A DNA stretch of 64,000 bases from an uncultured Actinomycetota bacterium (GTDB taxonomy: Bacteria; Actinomycetota; Actinomycetes; Propionibacteriales; Nocardioidaceae). The notes beneath the pieces are model-generated. The model ran no database searches. It was given only the letters and a program-made list of their open reading frames with translations, and was not told where the DNA came from. Of the stretch, positions 39,760-49,463 are shown piece by piece (position 1 is the first letter of the stretch; every line of letters begins with the position of its first letter). The stretch lies in contig CAVWZR010000004.1 of assembly GCA_963759515.1 (NCBI GenBank), forward strand, positions 54,674 through 118,673, read 5' to 3'. Position numbers and translations under genes: made by a program.

Positions 39760-40470
39760 GTGCGCGAGCAGCCCGAGCAGCAAGCACCCCCGGTGCAGCG
39801 GCTCCGCGTGCGCTACGCGAAGCGAGGCCGGTTGCGCTTCACCAGCCATCGCGACTTCAGTCGGGCCTTCGAGCGGGCGTTGGTGCGGGCGCGCATCCCG
39901 ATGGCCTACTCCTCGGGCTTCAACCCGCACCCGCGCATCTCCTATGCCGGGGCCTCCCCGACGGGAGCCGCCAGCGAGGCGGAGTACCTCGAGATCGGCC
40001 TCGCCGAGCAGGTCGACCCCGCGCGACTCGCCGAGGACCTCGACCGATCGCTGCCCGACGGCCTGGACGTGCTCGAGGTCGTCGAAGCGACTCCCGGCGG
40101 GCTCGCCGACCGGCTCGAGGCGAGCCGATGGCAGGTCGACCTGCCCCTGCCCCTGGACACCGTCGAGGCGGCTGCACGGGAGTTCCTGGATCGCTCCACG
40201 GTGAGCGTCGAGCGGATGACGAAGAAGGGTTTGCGCTCCTTCGACAGCCGCGCGGCGGTGCTCGCGCTCGAGGTGACGGCGTACGACGGGGGGTCCCGCT
40301 TGGACGTCGTGCTGCGGCACACGGTCCCCGCCGTCCGGCCCGACGACGTCCTGTCCGGACTGCGTGAGGTGGGTGGCCTGGCCGACGGAGGACCGCCGCT
40401 CATCACCCGCCTGACACAGGGTCCGCTCGACGAGACGACGGGAGCCATCGGCGATCCGTTATCCGGTTGA
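39760..40470 (+). CDS. TIGR03936-family radical SAM-linked protein
   Basis: RYAKRGRLRFTSHRD, YSSGFNPHPRISY. Confidence 0.92.
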   Translation: MREQPEQQAPPVQRLRVRYAKRGRLRFTSHRDFSRAFERALVRARIPMAYSSGFNPHPRISYAGASPTGAASEAEYLEIGLAEQVDPARLAEDLDRSLPDGLDVLEVVEATPGGLADRLEASRWQVDLPLPLDTVEAAAREFLDRSTVSVERMTKKGLRSFDSRAAVLALEVTAYDGGSRLDVVLRHTVPAVRPDDVLSGLREVGGLADGGPPLITRLTQGPLDETTGAIGDPLSG

Positions 40471-40819
40471 CAAAGCAAGGTTGCTCGTCCGGATGTGCGA
40501 TACTCGGGGCTGTTCGGTCCTGCGGCGTGCCGCTCCGACCGAGCCGACGACGTTCTTGTCGGACCCCCTCCTCCAGAGGTGGCTCGGCATGCAGAGTCCA
40601 GATCCTCACCCGACCGCGACGCGGCCGGCCTCTCCGGTGACAGCGAGGAGGCCGCACAGGCCCGGCGACCGCGGTCGATGAACGGACTGGGTGACTGTGT
40701 CGCACCTGCGGAGGGTGTCGCCGAACACACGAAGGCTTTGCGTCGTCGGCCCTGTCCACTCGGTCCGCCGGCGCCGGACACGTCCGGGGCTGCACGCAGC
40801 GTCCGGGCCGAGGAGCGAC

Positions 40820-43513
40820 ATGCTCGACGATCACGCGGACGGTTCCGCGGGCCCCGAATCCGCTTCGGCTGAGAGTGCCTCCGCGCCCGCGGCCAAGAAG
40901 GCGACTCGCAAGCGCACCACCAAGAAGGCCGCGCCGGCGTCTGCCGGACCTCCGGCCCCCGGCGACACGCCCGGCGGCGAGACCGAGAAGCCGAAGAAGG
41001 CCGCGGCGAAGAAGACGACCGCCAAGAAGACGACGGCCAAGAAGGCCACCGCCAAGACGGCGCCGGCCAAGAAGGCCACCAGCAAGAAGACCGCGGCGAG
41101 CGAGACCTCCGCCGACGCCGGTGCGGCCGAGAAGCCGGCGAAGAAGCCGAGCAAGAAGAAGGCGGAGCCGAAGGGCGAGTCGGCAACCGCGCCCCTCTTC
41201 CAGGCTCCCGAGAAGACCGCCGCTCCTGCACGGCGTCCCAAGAAGGCAGCAGCGACCCCGACCGACGCCGCGCCGGCGGAGACGGCCGCGGACGCAGGCG
41301 AGGCCGAAGGCGGCGATGGCGAGACTCCGGCCCGTCGCAAGCGGCGCCGAGGTGGCCGTCGGCGACGCAAGCCGGGTGGCGAAGGCGGCGACGGCAGGGA
41401 CGACCAGAACGGCACGGACGACGCGGCGGACGACGAGTCCTCCTCCGAGGAGTCGTCGTCGTCCGAGTCCAGCTCGTCTCGTCGCCGGCGTCGCAGGCGC
41501 CGAGCGGGTGAGGACGACGGCAACGGCTCCGACGATCCGGCAAACACCGTCACCAAGGTGCGCTCCGGCCGCAATGCCGCCGACGAGATCACCGCCGTGA
41601 CCGGCTCCACGCGGCTCGAGGCCAAGAAGCAGCGTCGTCGCGAGGGTCGTGAGGCGGGCCGCCGCCGCGCGCCGATCGTGAGTGAGGCCGAGTTCCTGGC
41701 CCGACGAGAGTCCGTCAACCGGGTGATGGTGATCCGGCAGCGCGACGACGTCATCCAGATCGGCGTGCTCGAGGACAGCGTCCTGGTCGAGCACTACGTC
41801 GCTCGCGAGTCGCAGACCTCGCTGATCGGCAACGTCTACCTCGGTCGCGTCCAGAACGTCCTGCCTTCCATGGAGGCGGCGTTCATCGACATCGGCAAGG
41901 GCCGCAACGCCGTCCTGTACGCCGGCGAGGTGAACTGGTCCGCGCTCGGCCACAAGGACGGCCAGCCGCGCAAGATCGAGTCGGTGCTGTCGTCCGGGCA
42001 GACCGTGCTCGTGCAGGTCACCAAGGACCCGATCGGGCACAAGGGCGCCCGCCTGACCAGCCAGATCAGCCTGGCCGGCCGCTTCCTGGTCTACGTGCCC
42101 GACGGCACGACGAGCGGCATCTCCCGCAAGCTGCCCGACACGGAGCGCAACCGGCTCAAGACCCTTCTCAAGGAGATCGTCCCCGAGCAGGCCGGCGTCA
42201 TCGTCCGCACCGCGGCCGAGGGCGCCTCCGAGGACGAGCTGACCCGCGACGTCGAGCGACTCACGGCGCGCTGGGACGACATCGAGAAGAAGGCCGCCAA
42301 GGGAGCGAACGCGTCCCTGCTCTACGGCGAGCCCGACCTGACGCTGAAGGTCGTCCGCGACCTGTTCACCGAGGACTTCGCCAAGCTCGTGATCGAGGGT
42401 GACGATGCCTGGGAGACGGTCCAGGAGTACGTCGCGAACGTCGCGCCCGACCTCGAGAGCCGACTCGAACGCTACGAGCGCAAGAAGGACCAGGACGTCT
42501 TCGCGGCGTACCGCATCGACGAGCAGATCAAGAAGGGCCTCGACCGCAAGGTCTGGCTGCCCTCCGGCGGCTCGTTGATCATCGACCGCACCGAGGCGAT
42601 GACGGTCGTCGACGTCAACACCGGGAAGTTCACCGGGTCCGGCGGCAACCTCGAGGAGACAGTCACCAAGAACAACCTCGAGGCCGCGGAGGAGATCGTT
42701 CGCCAGCTCCGACTGCGCGACATCGGCGGGATCATCGTCGTCGACTTCATCGACATGGTGCTGGAGTCCAACCGCGATCTCGTGCTCCGGCGCCTGGTCG
42801 AGTGCCTGGGCCGCGACCGCACCCGACACCAGGTCGCCGAGGTCACCTCGCTCGGCCTGGTGCAGATGACGCGGAAGCGGATCGGCACCGGCCTGCTGGA
42901 GTCGTTCTCCCATGACTGCCCCCACTGCCACGGTCGCGGGGTGGTCGTCGAGGACGCTCCGGTCGAGCCGAAGAAGGTCGAGGACGAGCCGCGCCGCGCG
43001 AAGCGGAGCCGCAGCCGCGGCAAGCAGGAGTCCGCGCCCGCCGAGCCGCCGAAGCCACCCTCGCCCAAGGACGTCGCCGCGATGGCTCGCCACCACGACG
43101 AGTCAACGACAGACGACGAGCAGAACGACGAGCAGAACGACGAGCAGCAGGACGCGCCGGAGGTCGACGAGACCACCCTCGAGTCGGAGGCGCTGGCCGA
43201 GGATCCGGGCGACGCGCCCGCTGCCACGACCGAGGAGACCGCGCCGGAGCCCGAGCCCGAGGAGACCGTGGCCGCCCAGCCGGAACTCGAGGCTGAGCCC
43301 GAGCCGACACCCGCCGCGGAGCCGGAGAAGCCCCGCGTGGTCACCCGCACCCGACGTCGTTCGGCCAGTCGTCCGGCGGGGCCGCCGGCGTCGGCGGACG
43401 GCACCTCCGGCTCGGGGGCCGGCGACGCGACCGAGGCCCCGGCGGACAAGCACGCGGACGAGGTGCCCGCGCTGCACGTGCCGGTGAAGAAGAAGGGCGC
43501 CCGCAAGCGCTGA
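40820..43513 (+). CDS. rne: Ribonuclease E/G family
   Basis: S1 domain GNVYLGRVQNVLPSMEAAF, DVNTG, IVVDFIDM, Zn-link CPHC; low-complexity termini; SD AGGAG. Confidence 0.95.
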   Translation: MLDDHADGSAGPESASAESASAPAAKKATRKRTTKKAAPASAGPPAPGDTPGGETEKPKKAAAKKTTAKKTTAKKATAKTAPAKKATSKKTAASETSADAGAAEKPAKKPSKKKAEPKGESATAPLFQAPEKTAAPARRPKKAAATPTDAAPAETAADAGEAEGGDGETPARRKRRRGGRRRRKPGGEGGDGRDDQNGTDDAADDESSSEESSSSESSSSRRRRRRRRAGEDDGNGSDDPANTVTKVRSGRNAADEITAVTGSTRLEAKKQRRREGREAGRRRAPIVSEAEFLARRESVNRVMVIRQRDDVIQIGVLEDSVLVEHYVARESQTSLIGNVYLGRVQNVLPSMEAAFIDIGKGRNAVLYAGEVNWSALGHKDGQPRKIESVLSSGQTVLVQVTKDPIGHKGARLTSQISLAGRFLVYVPDGTTSGISRKLPDTERNRLKTLLKEIVPEQAGVIVRTAAEGASEDELTRDVERLTARWDDIEKKAAKGANASLLYGEPDLTLKVVRDLFTEDFAKLVIEGDDAWETVQEYVANVAPDLESRLERYERKKDQDVFAAYRIDEQIKKGLDRKVWLPSGGSLIIDRTEAMTVVDVNTGKFTGSGGNLEETVTKNNLEAAEEIVRQLRLRDIGGIIVVDFIDMVLESNRDLVLRRLVECLGRDRTRHQVAEVTSLGLVQMTRKRIGTGLLESFSHDCPHCHGRGVVVEDAPVEPKKVEDEPRRAKRSRSRGKQESAPAEPPKPPSPKDVAAMARHHDESTTDDEQNDEQNDEQQDAPEVDETTLESEALAEDPGDAPAATTEETAPEPEPEETVAAQPELEAEPEPTPAAEPEKPRVVTRTRRRSASRPAGPPASADGTSGSGAGDATEAPADKHADEVPALHVPVKKKGARKR
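43115..43147 (+). repeat. 12-bp tandem repeat (DEQN) in the RNase E C-terminal tail
   Basis: gacgagcagaac twice plus gacgagcag. Confidence 0.8.
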
Positions 43514-43522
43514 CTTTCTGAT

Positions 43523-43552
43523 TTGGCGGGGCCCGGGGCCCGCCCGTAGCAT
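43523..43552 (+). promoter_or_regulatory. Housekeeping sigma promoter of rplU-rpmA
   Basis: TTGGCG-N18-TAGCAT. Confidence 0.6.
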
Positions 43553-43667
43553 GGACCCTTGGTGCCCTCCCGTTTCTGGGTGGCGCGCCCACTGTCCTCA
43601 CTACTGGTCCGAGCCCCATCGGGCGGGCGGACCAGAGCAAGATCTGTGACCAACGAAGGAGACCGCG

Positions 43668-43970
43668 GTGTACGCGATCGTGCGCGCTGGCAGCCGACAG
43701 CAGAAGGTTGCCGTGGGCGACGTCATCGAGATCGACAGGACCGACGTGCCCGTCGGCGAGACGCTGACCCTTCCCGTCGTGATGACCGTCGACGGTGACA
43801 AGGTCAAGGCGACCGGTCTCGACAAGGCGGGCGTCACCGTCGAGGTGCTCGGCGCCACCGCGGGTCCCAAGATCGTGATCCAGAAGTTCAAGAACAAGAC
43901 CGGCTACAAGAAGCGCCAGGGGCACCGCCAGAGGTACACCCAGGTCAAGGTCACCGACATCAAGGCCTGA
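43668..43970 (+). CDS. rplU: 50S ribosomal protein L21
   Basis: [26 protein letters not shown]. Confidence 0.97.
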   Translation: MYAIVRAGSRQQKVAVGDVIEIDRTDVPVGETLTLPVVMTVDGDKVKATGLDKAGVTVEVLGATAGPKIVIQKFKNKTGYKKRQGHRQRYTQVKVTDIKA

Positions 43971-44019
43971 CCGGCCTCCATTCCCAGCGCAGCCTCACGC
44001 ACAGACAAGGACAGCAGCC

Positions 44020-44286
44020 ATGGCTCACAAGAAGGGTGCGGCCTCGACCAAGAACGGTCGGGACTCCAACTCCCAGCGCCTCGGTGTGAAGCGCTACGGC
44101 GGCCAGCTCGTCAACGCCGGCGAGATCATCGTCCGTCAGCGCGGCACGCACTTCCACCCGGGCACCGGCGTCGGCCGCGGTGGCGACGACACGCTGTTCG
44201 CCCTGGTCCACGGCAACGTCGAGTTCGGCACCAAGCGCGGTCGGCGCGTGATCAACATCGTCCCGGCTGCGGTCGACGCCAACTGA
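44020..44286 (+). CDS. rpmA: 50S ribosomal protein L27
   Basis: [20 protein letters not shown]. Confidence 0.98.
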   Translation: MAHKKGAASTKNGRDSNSQRLGVKRYGGQLVNAGEIIVRQRGTHFHPGTGVGRGGDDTLFALVHGNVEFGTKRGRRVINIVPAAVDAN

Positions 44287-44300
44287 GTCCGACCAAGTCA

Positions 44301-44363
44301 GTGGGTCTCGACTCGCCCGTCGCGACCTCTCAAGCTCGGTCGCGGGGATTGCTCGACCTCCCG
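44301..44363. repeat. REP-like intergenic element
   Basis: ggtctcgac...gctcgacctcccg flanking an internal hairpin cgcgacc(44321-44327)/ggtcgcg(44338-44344). Confidence 0.5.
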
Positions 44364-44407
44364 CAGCCCACGCAGCCCGCTCGTTCCTCGCTGTCTGCTG
44401 CTGCGTG

Positions 44408-45964
44408 ATGGCCGTCCCGTCGTTCGTCGACCGGGTGACGTTGTACGTCGCCGCCGGCCGTGGCGGCAACGGCGTCGCCTCGGTCCACCGGGAGAAGTTC
44501 AAGCCGCTGGGCGGCCCCGACGGCGGCAACGGCGGCCCCGGGGGATCGGTGATCCTGCGGGTGGACCCGGCGGTCACCACGCTGGTCGACTACCACCACA
44601 GCCCGCGCCGGAAGGCCGAGAACGGCGGGCAGGGTGCCGGCGGCCATCGCAACGGTGCGTACGGAGCAGACCTGGTCCTGCTCGTCCCCGACGGCACGCT
44701 GGTGAGCCGGTCCGACGGTGAGGTCATGGCCGACCTGATCGGCCCCGGCACCGAGCTGGTCGTGGCCGAGGGTGGCCGAGGTGGTCTCGGCAACGCCGCT
44801 CTGGCGAGCTCCAAGCGCAAGGCGCCGGGCTTCGCACTGCTCGGCGAGCCCGGTGTCGACGTCGAGATCACACTCGAGCTGAAGGTCGTGGCCGACGTCG
44901 GGCTCGTGGGCTTCCCGAGCGCCGGCAAGTCGAGCCTGATCGCGGCGATCTCGCGGGCCCGGCCGAAGATCGCGGACTACCCGTTCACCACACTGGTGCC
45001 CAACCTGGGCGTCGTGACCGCCGGTGACACGACGTACACCGTCGCCGACGTGCCGGGCCTGATCGAGGGCGCGAGCGAGGGACGCGGACTCGGGCACGAG
45101 TTCCTGCGGCACGTCGAGCGGTGCGCCGCGATCGTGCACGTGGTCGACACCGCCACGATCGAGCCCGGTCGAAACCCGGTCGACGACCTCGAGGTGATCG
45201 AGAACGAGCTCGCGTCGTACGGCGGGCTCGAGGACCGTCCACGGCTGATCGCGCTCAACAAGATCGACGTACCCGACGGTCGCGACATGGCCGATCTCGT
45301 GCGGTCCGACCTGGAGGACCTGGGGCACCAGGTCTTCGCTGTCAGTGCGGCCTCGGAAGAGGGGCTGCGTGAGCTGACCTTCGCGATGGCGGAGATCGTG
45401 GCGTCGTCCCGCGCGGCACGCCTGGCCAGGCCGCAGGAGCGGATCGTGATCCGGCCGCCGTCGGCCGACGGCGGTGACGCGTTCACCGTGTCCGAGACCG
45501 GCGACGCTTCGACAGGCTCAGGACATCGCTCGTGGCGGGTGCGCGGCGCCAAGCCGGAGCGGTGGGTGCGCCAGACCGACTTCGGCAACGACGAGGCGGT
45601 CGGCTTCCTGGCCGACCGGCTCAACCGTCTCGGGGTCGAGACGCGCCTGGTCGAGCTCGGGGCGCACGAGGGCGACGCCGTCCTGATCGGCAGTCCCGAG
45701 GACTCCGTGGTGTTCGACTTCCAGCCCGGCGTCGACGCCGGCGTCGAGATGCTCGGTCGTCGCGGCGAGGACCAGCGCTTCGACGTGAAGCGACCGGCTG
45801 CGCGACGCCGCCGAGACATCGACGCCGCCATGGACGACCGTGCCGAGGGCGAAGCACGGGCCGATGTTGCCCGCCGTATCGACGAGGTCCGGCGGCCTGC
45901 GGGGCCGACCAGCTACGAGATCGGGTCCGCGGACGACCCCGACCGTCCCGAGAGCGACGCGTGA
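44408..45964 (+). CDS. obgE: GTPase ObgE/CgtA
   Basis: [31 protein letters not shown]. Confidence 0.97.
   Translation: MAVPSFVDRVTLYVAAGRGGNGVASVHREKFKPLGGPDGGNGGPGGSVILRVDPAVTTLVDYHHSPRRKAENGGQGAGGHRNGAYGADLVLLVPDGTLVSRSDGEVMADLIGPGTELVVAEGGRGGLGNAALASSKRKAPGFALLGEPGVDVEITLELKVVADVGLVGFPSAGKSSLIAAISRARPKIADYPFTTLVPNLGVVTAGDTTYTVADVPGLIEGASEGRGLGHEFLRHVERCAAIVHVVDTATIEPGRNPVDDLEVIENELASYGGLEDRPRLIALNKIDVPDGRDMADLVRSDLEDLGHQVFAVSAASEEGLRELTFAMAEIVASSRAARLARPQERIVIRPPSADGGDAFTVSETGDASTGSGHRSWRVRGAKPERWVRQTDFGNDEAVGFLADRLNRLGVETRLVELGAHEGDAVLIGSPEDSVVFDFQPGVDAGVEMLGRRGEDQRFDVKRPAARRRRDIDAAMDDRAEGEARADVARRIDEVRRPAGPTSYEIGSADDPDRPESDA
45506..45529 (+). repeat. REP-like remnant in frame inside obgE
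   Basis: gcttcgacaggctcaggacatcgc (ASTGSGHR); 5 of 8 codons end in A/T in a GC3-rich gene. Confidence 0.6.
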
Positions 45965-45968
45965 GCCG

Positions 45969-47105
45969 ATGAGCGGCCAGGCGGACCGCTCCGAGCGGGT
46001 CGCGGCCGCACGGCGGGTCGTGGTCAAGGTCGGGTCCTCGTCGCTGACCACCGCCGAGGGTGGCATCGACCCGATGCGCGTACGCCGGCTGGTCGGTGTC
46101 CTGGCGGATGCTCGGTCGCGCGGGGTCGAGGTCGTCCTGGTCTCATCGGGCGCGATCGCCGCAGGTCTTGCGCCCCTCGCCCTCAAGCGCCGGCCGCGGG
46201 CGCTTCCGGCGCAGCAGGCGGCCGCGGCCGTGGGGCAGGGGCTCCTCATCCACCGCTACACCGACGAGCTCGCGACCCACGGCGTCGTCGCCGGCCAGGT
46301 CCTCCTCACCGCGGACGACGTGACCCGGCGCAGCCACTACCGCAACGCCCATCAGACGTTCGCCAAGCTCCTCGAGCTCGGAGTGCTCCCGATCGTGAAC
46401 GAGAACGACACCGTGGCGACCAGCGAGATCCGGTTCGGCGACAACGACCGGCTGGCCGCGCTGGTCGCCCACCTCGTCCACGCGGACCTGCTCGTGCTGC
46501 TCAGCGACGTCGACGGTCTGTACGACGCGCACCCGGCCGCCGACGAGAGCCGGCTCGTGCCGGAGGTCGCGCTGAGTGACCGCCTCACCGGCATTCGGGT
46601 CGGCCGATCGGGCACCGGGCTCGGTACCGGCGGGATGCGGACCAAGCTGGACGCGGCCCGGATCGCGACCGGGGCCGGCATCCCCGTCCTGCTCACCTCC
46701 GCGGACCGTGCCGACGAGGCGCTGGCCGGCGCCCTCGTCGGCACGTGGTTCCACGCCGCCTCACGTCGGCGCCCGACCCGTCAGCTGTGGCTCGCGCATG
46801 CCACCGAGCCCAAGGGGGTGCTCCTGCTCGACGACGGGGCGGTCCGTGCCGTCACCGAGCGGCGGGCGTCGCTCCTGGCGGCGGGTCTCACCGGCTCGAC
46901 CGGCAGCTTCGTGGCCGGCGACCCGGTCGACCTGGCCGGCCCCGACGGGGTCGCGGTGGCCCGAGGGCTGGTCAACTTCGACGCCGACGAGATCCCGGCG
47001 CTGGTCGGGAAGACGTCCGCCGTCCTGCGTCGCGAGCTCGGCGCCGCGTACGAACGCGAGGTCGTGCACCGCGACGACCTGGCGTTGCTCACGCCCGGGA
47101 TCTGA
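45969..47105 (+). CDS. proB: Glutamate 5-kinase
   Basis: VVKVGSS, VSSGAIAAG, NENDTV, FGDND, GTGGM, PUA domain. Confidence 0.96.
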   Translation: MSGQADRSERVAAARRVVVKVGSSSLTTAEGGIDPMRVRRLVGVLADARSRGVEVVLVSSGAIAAGLAPLALKRRPRALPAQQAAAAVGQGLLIHRYTDELATHGVVAGQVLLTADDVTRRSHYRNAHQTFAKLLELGVLPIVNENDTVATSEIRFGDNDRLAALVAHLVHADLLVLLSDVDGLYDAHPAADESRLVPEVALSDRLTGIRVGRSGTGLGTGGMRTKLDAARIATGAGIPVLLTSADRADEALAGALVGTWFHAASRRRPTRQLWLAHATEPKGVLLLDDGAVRAVTERRASLLAAGLTGSTGSFVAGDPVDLAGPDGVAVARGLVNFDADEIPALVGKTSAVLRRELGAAYEREVVHRDDLALLTPGI

Positions 47106-47160
47106 CCGTTCCCGAGGACCCGGCTGGTTTGCTGAGGGTCCTCCCGGGCAGGATCGGGGC

Positions 47161-48228
47161 ATGACGACCCGACGACTTCTCGCCCTGGCCGCCTCGATCC
47201 CCGTCTCCGCCCTCGTGGCCACGTCCCTCACGGCTTCGCCGGCATCCGCTCGTCCTGCCGTCGATCGCGGTGATCGATGCCTGCGGACCGAGCCGGTCCG
47301 GGCATCCGCGGCGACCGCCCTCGCCCGCTCCGGCTGCTCGCTGGCCGGGCGAGTGGTGACCCACGGGCGCGTCTCGGTGACGGTGCCACCGGTGGGCATG
47401 AGCGTCGTGGGCGACGGGGCATCCCGGCACGGTGAGGTGCGCGGTCTCCGGGTCACGAACACGGGGAGCGGGCTCCGCGTGGTTCCGGAGGGTCGCGGCG
47501 CCGGCGGCGGGGGCAACTGGTACCTCGCCCCCCTCACCACGACGACGAGCACGACGAGCACGACCAGCACGACCAGCACGACCAGCACGACGAGCTCGAC
47601 GGGAGTCATGCTGCTCGGAGGGACGGGCGACCCGCCGGCGTGCCAGGACCGCACCTACAGCCTCGAGCACCACACGTGGAACAAGGCTCTGCGTTTCCAC
47701 GTCAACCTCGCCAAGGCGCCCAAGCGGTTCCACAAGAAGACGGTCACCCACCAGATCCGCGCCGCCAACGGCAACATGCGCAAGGGGCACAACTCCTGCG
47801 GCAAGCCGAGGATCAAGGCCCCCGCATCCCACTACCTCGGGCGCACGGCGAAGAAGCCGAACATCACCGCGGGTGGTCCGACCTGCGGTAAGGGCAACGG
47901 TCTGAACGTCGTCGCGTTCGGCGATCTGCCGGGCAACCTCCTCGGCTGGACCTGCTACTGGTACATCGGTCATCACATGGTCGGCACCGACATGCTCCTC
48001 GACAACGGTCCGAGCCTGAGCACCAAGCTGCCGGACTCCTGCACGAACCTGTGGGACTTCGAGGGCACGGTCACCCACGAGTGGGGTCACGCCTACGGCC
48101 TCGGGCACACCGGTGACGGTCACGGCAACCTGACGATGCAGCACCTGCTCCGCCCGTGCTCGCCGTACGCCCGCACCCTCGGCCTCGGTGACTGGCTCGG
48201 CATGAAGAAGATGTACGGCGCCCGCTGA
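47161..48228 (+). CDS. Secreted metzincin (matrixin-like) zinc metalloprotease
   Basis: Signal peptide, HEWGHAYGLGH, Met-turn LTM, several Cys. Confidence 0.88.
   Translation: MTTRRLLALAASIPVSALVATSLTASPASARPAVDRGDRCLRTEPVRASAATALARSGCSLAGRVVTHGRVSVTVPPVGMSVVGDGASRHGEVRGLRVTNTGSGLRVVPEGRGAGGGGNWYLAPLTTTTSTTSTTSTTSTTSTTSSTGVMLLGGTGDPPACQDRTYSLEHHTWNKALRFHVNLAKAPKRFHKKTVTHQIRAANGNMRKGHNSCGKPRIKAPASHYLGRTAKKPNITAGGPTCGKGNGLNVVAFGDLPGNLLGWTCYWYIGHHMVGTDMLLDNGPSLSTKLPDSCTNLWDFEGTVTHEWGHAYGLGHTGDGHGNLTMQHLLRPCSPYARTLGLGDWLGMKKMYGAR
47542..47595 (+). repeat. 9-bp tandem repeat, 6 copies (TTS linker)
   Basis: acgac(g/c)agc x6. Confidence 0.9.
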
Positions 48229-48252
48229 CCCGACGGCGGGTAGGGTCGCGCT

Positions 48253-48937
48253 GTGCGCGAACCCCTGCCGCAGAGCGACGAGGAACGCGCCGAGGACGCG
48301 TACTGGGAGCACCTCTACGGTGCGTGGGACCCGTTCGACCTCGCTGCCGGTCGCGCGTTCCTCGAGGGCTTCGACCGACCGTGGTGGCTGGTCGGAGGCT
48401 GGGCGCTCGAGGCCTTCACCGGGGCTCCTCGGGAGCACGAGGACCTCGACGTGTCGATGCTCGCCTGCGACGTTCCGCGTTTCCGGGAGTTCATCGGAGA
48501 CCGCTGGCATCTGTGGACGATCACCAACGGTGCCCTGCGACCGCTGAACGACCGCTGGCCCGACCTGCCCGAACCGGACTGCCAGGTCTGGGTACGCCGC
48601 GACGCAGCCTCGCCCTGGCTGATCGACATGCCGATCACGCCAGACGTCGACGGCCGCTGGCAGAACAAGAAGCTGCCCGAGCAGGTGCTCGACCTCGAGG
48701 ACGCCACCTGGGTCGGCGCGGACGGCGTGCGGGCCCTGAACCCGGAGATCGTGCTGATGTTCAAGGCGCGCCTCGACCGGACGCAAGGACCGCCGTGACG
48801 CCGATCGGGCGCTGCCGCTGCTGAACGACGGGCAGCGTGCCTGGCTCCGGGAGTCGATCGAGAAGCTGTTCCCCGGCCATGCCTGGCTCGACCGGCTGGG
48901 AACCGACGAGGAGTCCGATCCGTCCGAAGGGGCATGA
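48253..48937 (+). pseudogene. Nucleotidyltransferase-fold protein (aminoglycoside adenylyltransferase-like), one frameshift
   Basis: WWLVGGWALE, REHEDLDV, PEIVLMFKA. Removing one base near 48784 gives KDRRDADRALPLL...PGHAWLDRL. Confidence 0.75.
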
Positions 48938-49297
48938 AGGTCGTCCTCGCAGGCGCTCGGCGCCCTCGCGATGACGGTGAGCCTGGTCGCCTGCGGTGAC
49001 ACGTCCCGTCCGGGCCTCGAACCGGATCTCGCCGGCAAGCCGACCTGGGGCGGCTGCCGGGACTTCGTGGGTCAGAACATGGACTACGCCGAGGATGCCG
49101 TGGGCGAGCGGTCCCGGACTGCTGTCTTGGCGCAGTACCGGACCGAGGGTGACCACGTGGTGATCGAGCCCCACCACGACCACCAGCGCCGTCGCTGGCT
49201 GCTGGTGGGCGACGACAACGTCATCCGAGCAGCTGTCGAGATGTTCCACGCCGACCAGGGATGGCTGGCGAACTACGTGGAGCGATGCACCGACTGA
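48934..49297 (+). pseudogene. Small lipoprotein, frameshift in the signal peptide
   Basis: ATGA coupling at 48934. Removing one G near 48952 gives MKVVLAALGALAMTVSLVAC (lipobox LVAC). Confidence 0.65.
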
Positions 49298-49334
49298 TTA
49301 ATCGGATGCGCCGACCGCACGCTCTGCCTACCGT
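49297..49334 (+). promoter_or_regulatory. WhiB7/WblC-type promoter
   Basis: AT-rich ATTAAT (49297-49302), 3 nt, -35 ATGCGC (49306-49311), 17 nt, -10 TACCGT (49329-49334). Confidence 0.55.
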
Positions 49335-49341
49335 TCTCGGC

Positions 49342-49359
49342 ATGGGTAACCAGGAGTGA
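49342..49359 (+). CDS. Putative leaderless leader peptide MGNQE
   Basis: ATG GGT AAC CAG GAG TGA, 7 nt after the -10 box, matching the leaderless spacing seen across the window. Confidence 0.55.
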   Translation: MGNQE

Positions 49360-49457
49360 CCTCAGCCAGGCGCCGACCGGCGGCCTGACGACCGCGCCCC
49401 AACAGCCCCTGACACCGGCGGGGTGAGCGGTCAGGAGTCACTCCTGCTCGTCGGAGC
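49351..49457 (+). promoter_or_regulatory. Putative translational attenuator
   Basis: CAGGAGTGAC (49351-49360) is the exact complement of GTCACTCCTG (49437-49446); that segment can alternatively pair with CAGGAG (49432-49437) or the SD GGAG (49453-49456). Confidence 0.55.
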
Positions 49458-49463
49458 GCCGCC

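Noticed and set aside
40467-40472. Perfect TTGACA upstream of rne
   Set aside because: No -10 hexamer at 16-19 nt spacing; it overlaps the upstream stop codon.
43816-43827. ggtctcgacaag in rplU resembling the REP-like repeat start
   Set aside because: It encodes GLDK in a normal-length L21 and the rest of the repeat is absent.
49342-49463. Leader as a SAM-IV or other known riboswitch
   Set aside because: I could not match any known riboswitch consensus; the uORF-attenuator reading fits better. An Rfam search would settle it.
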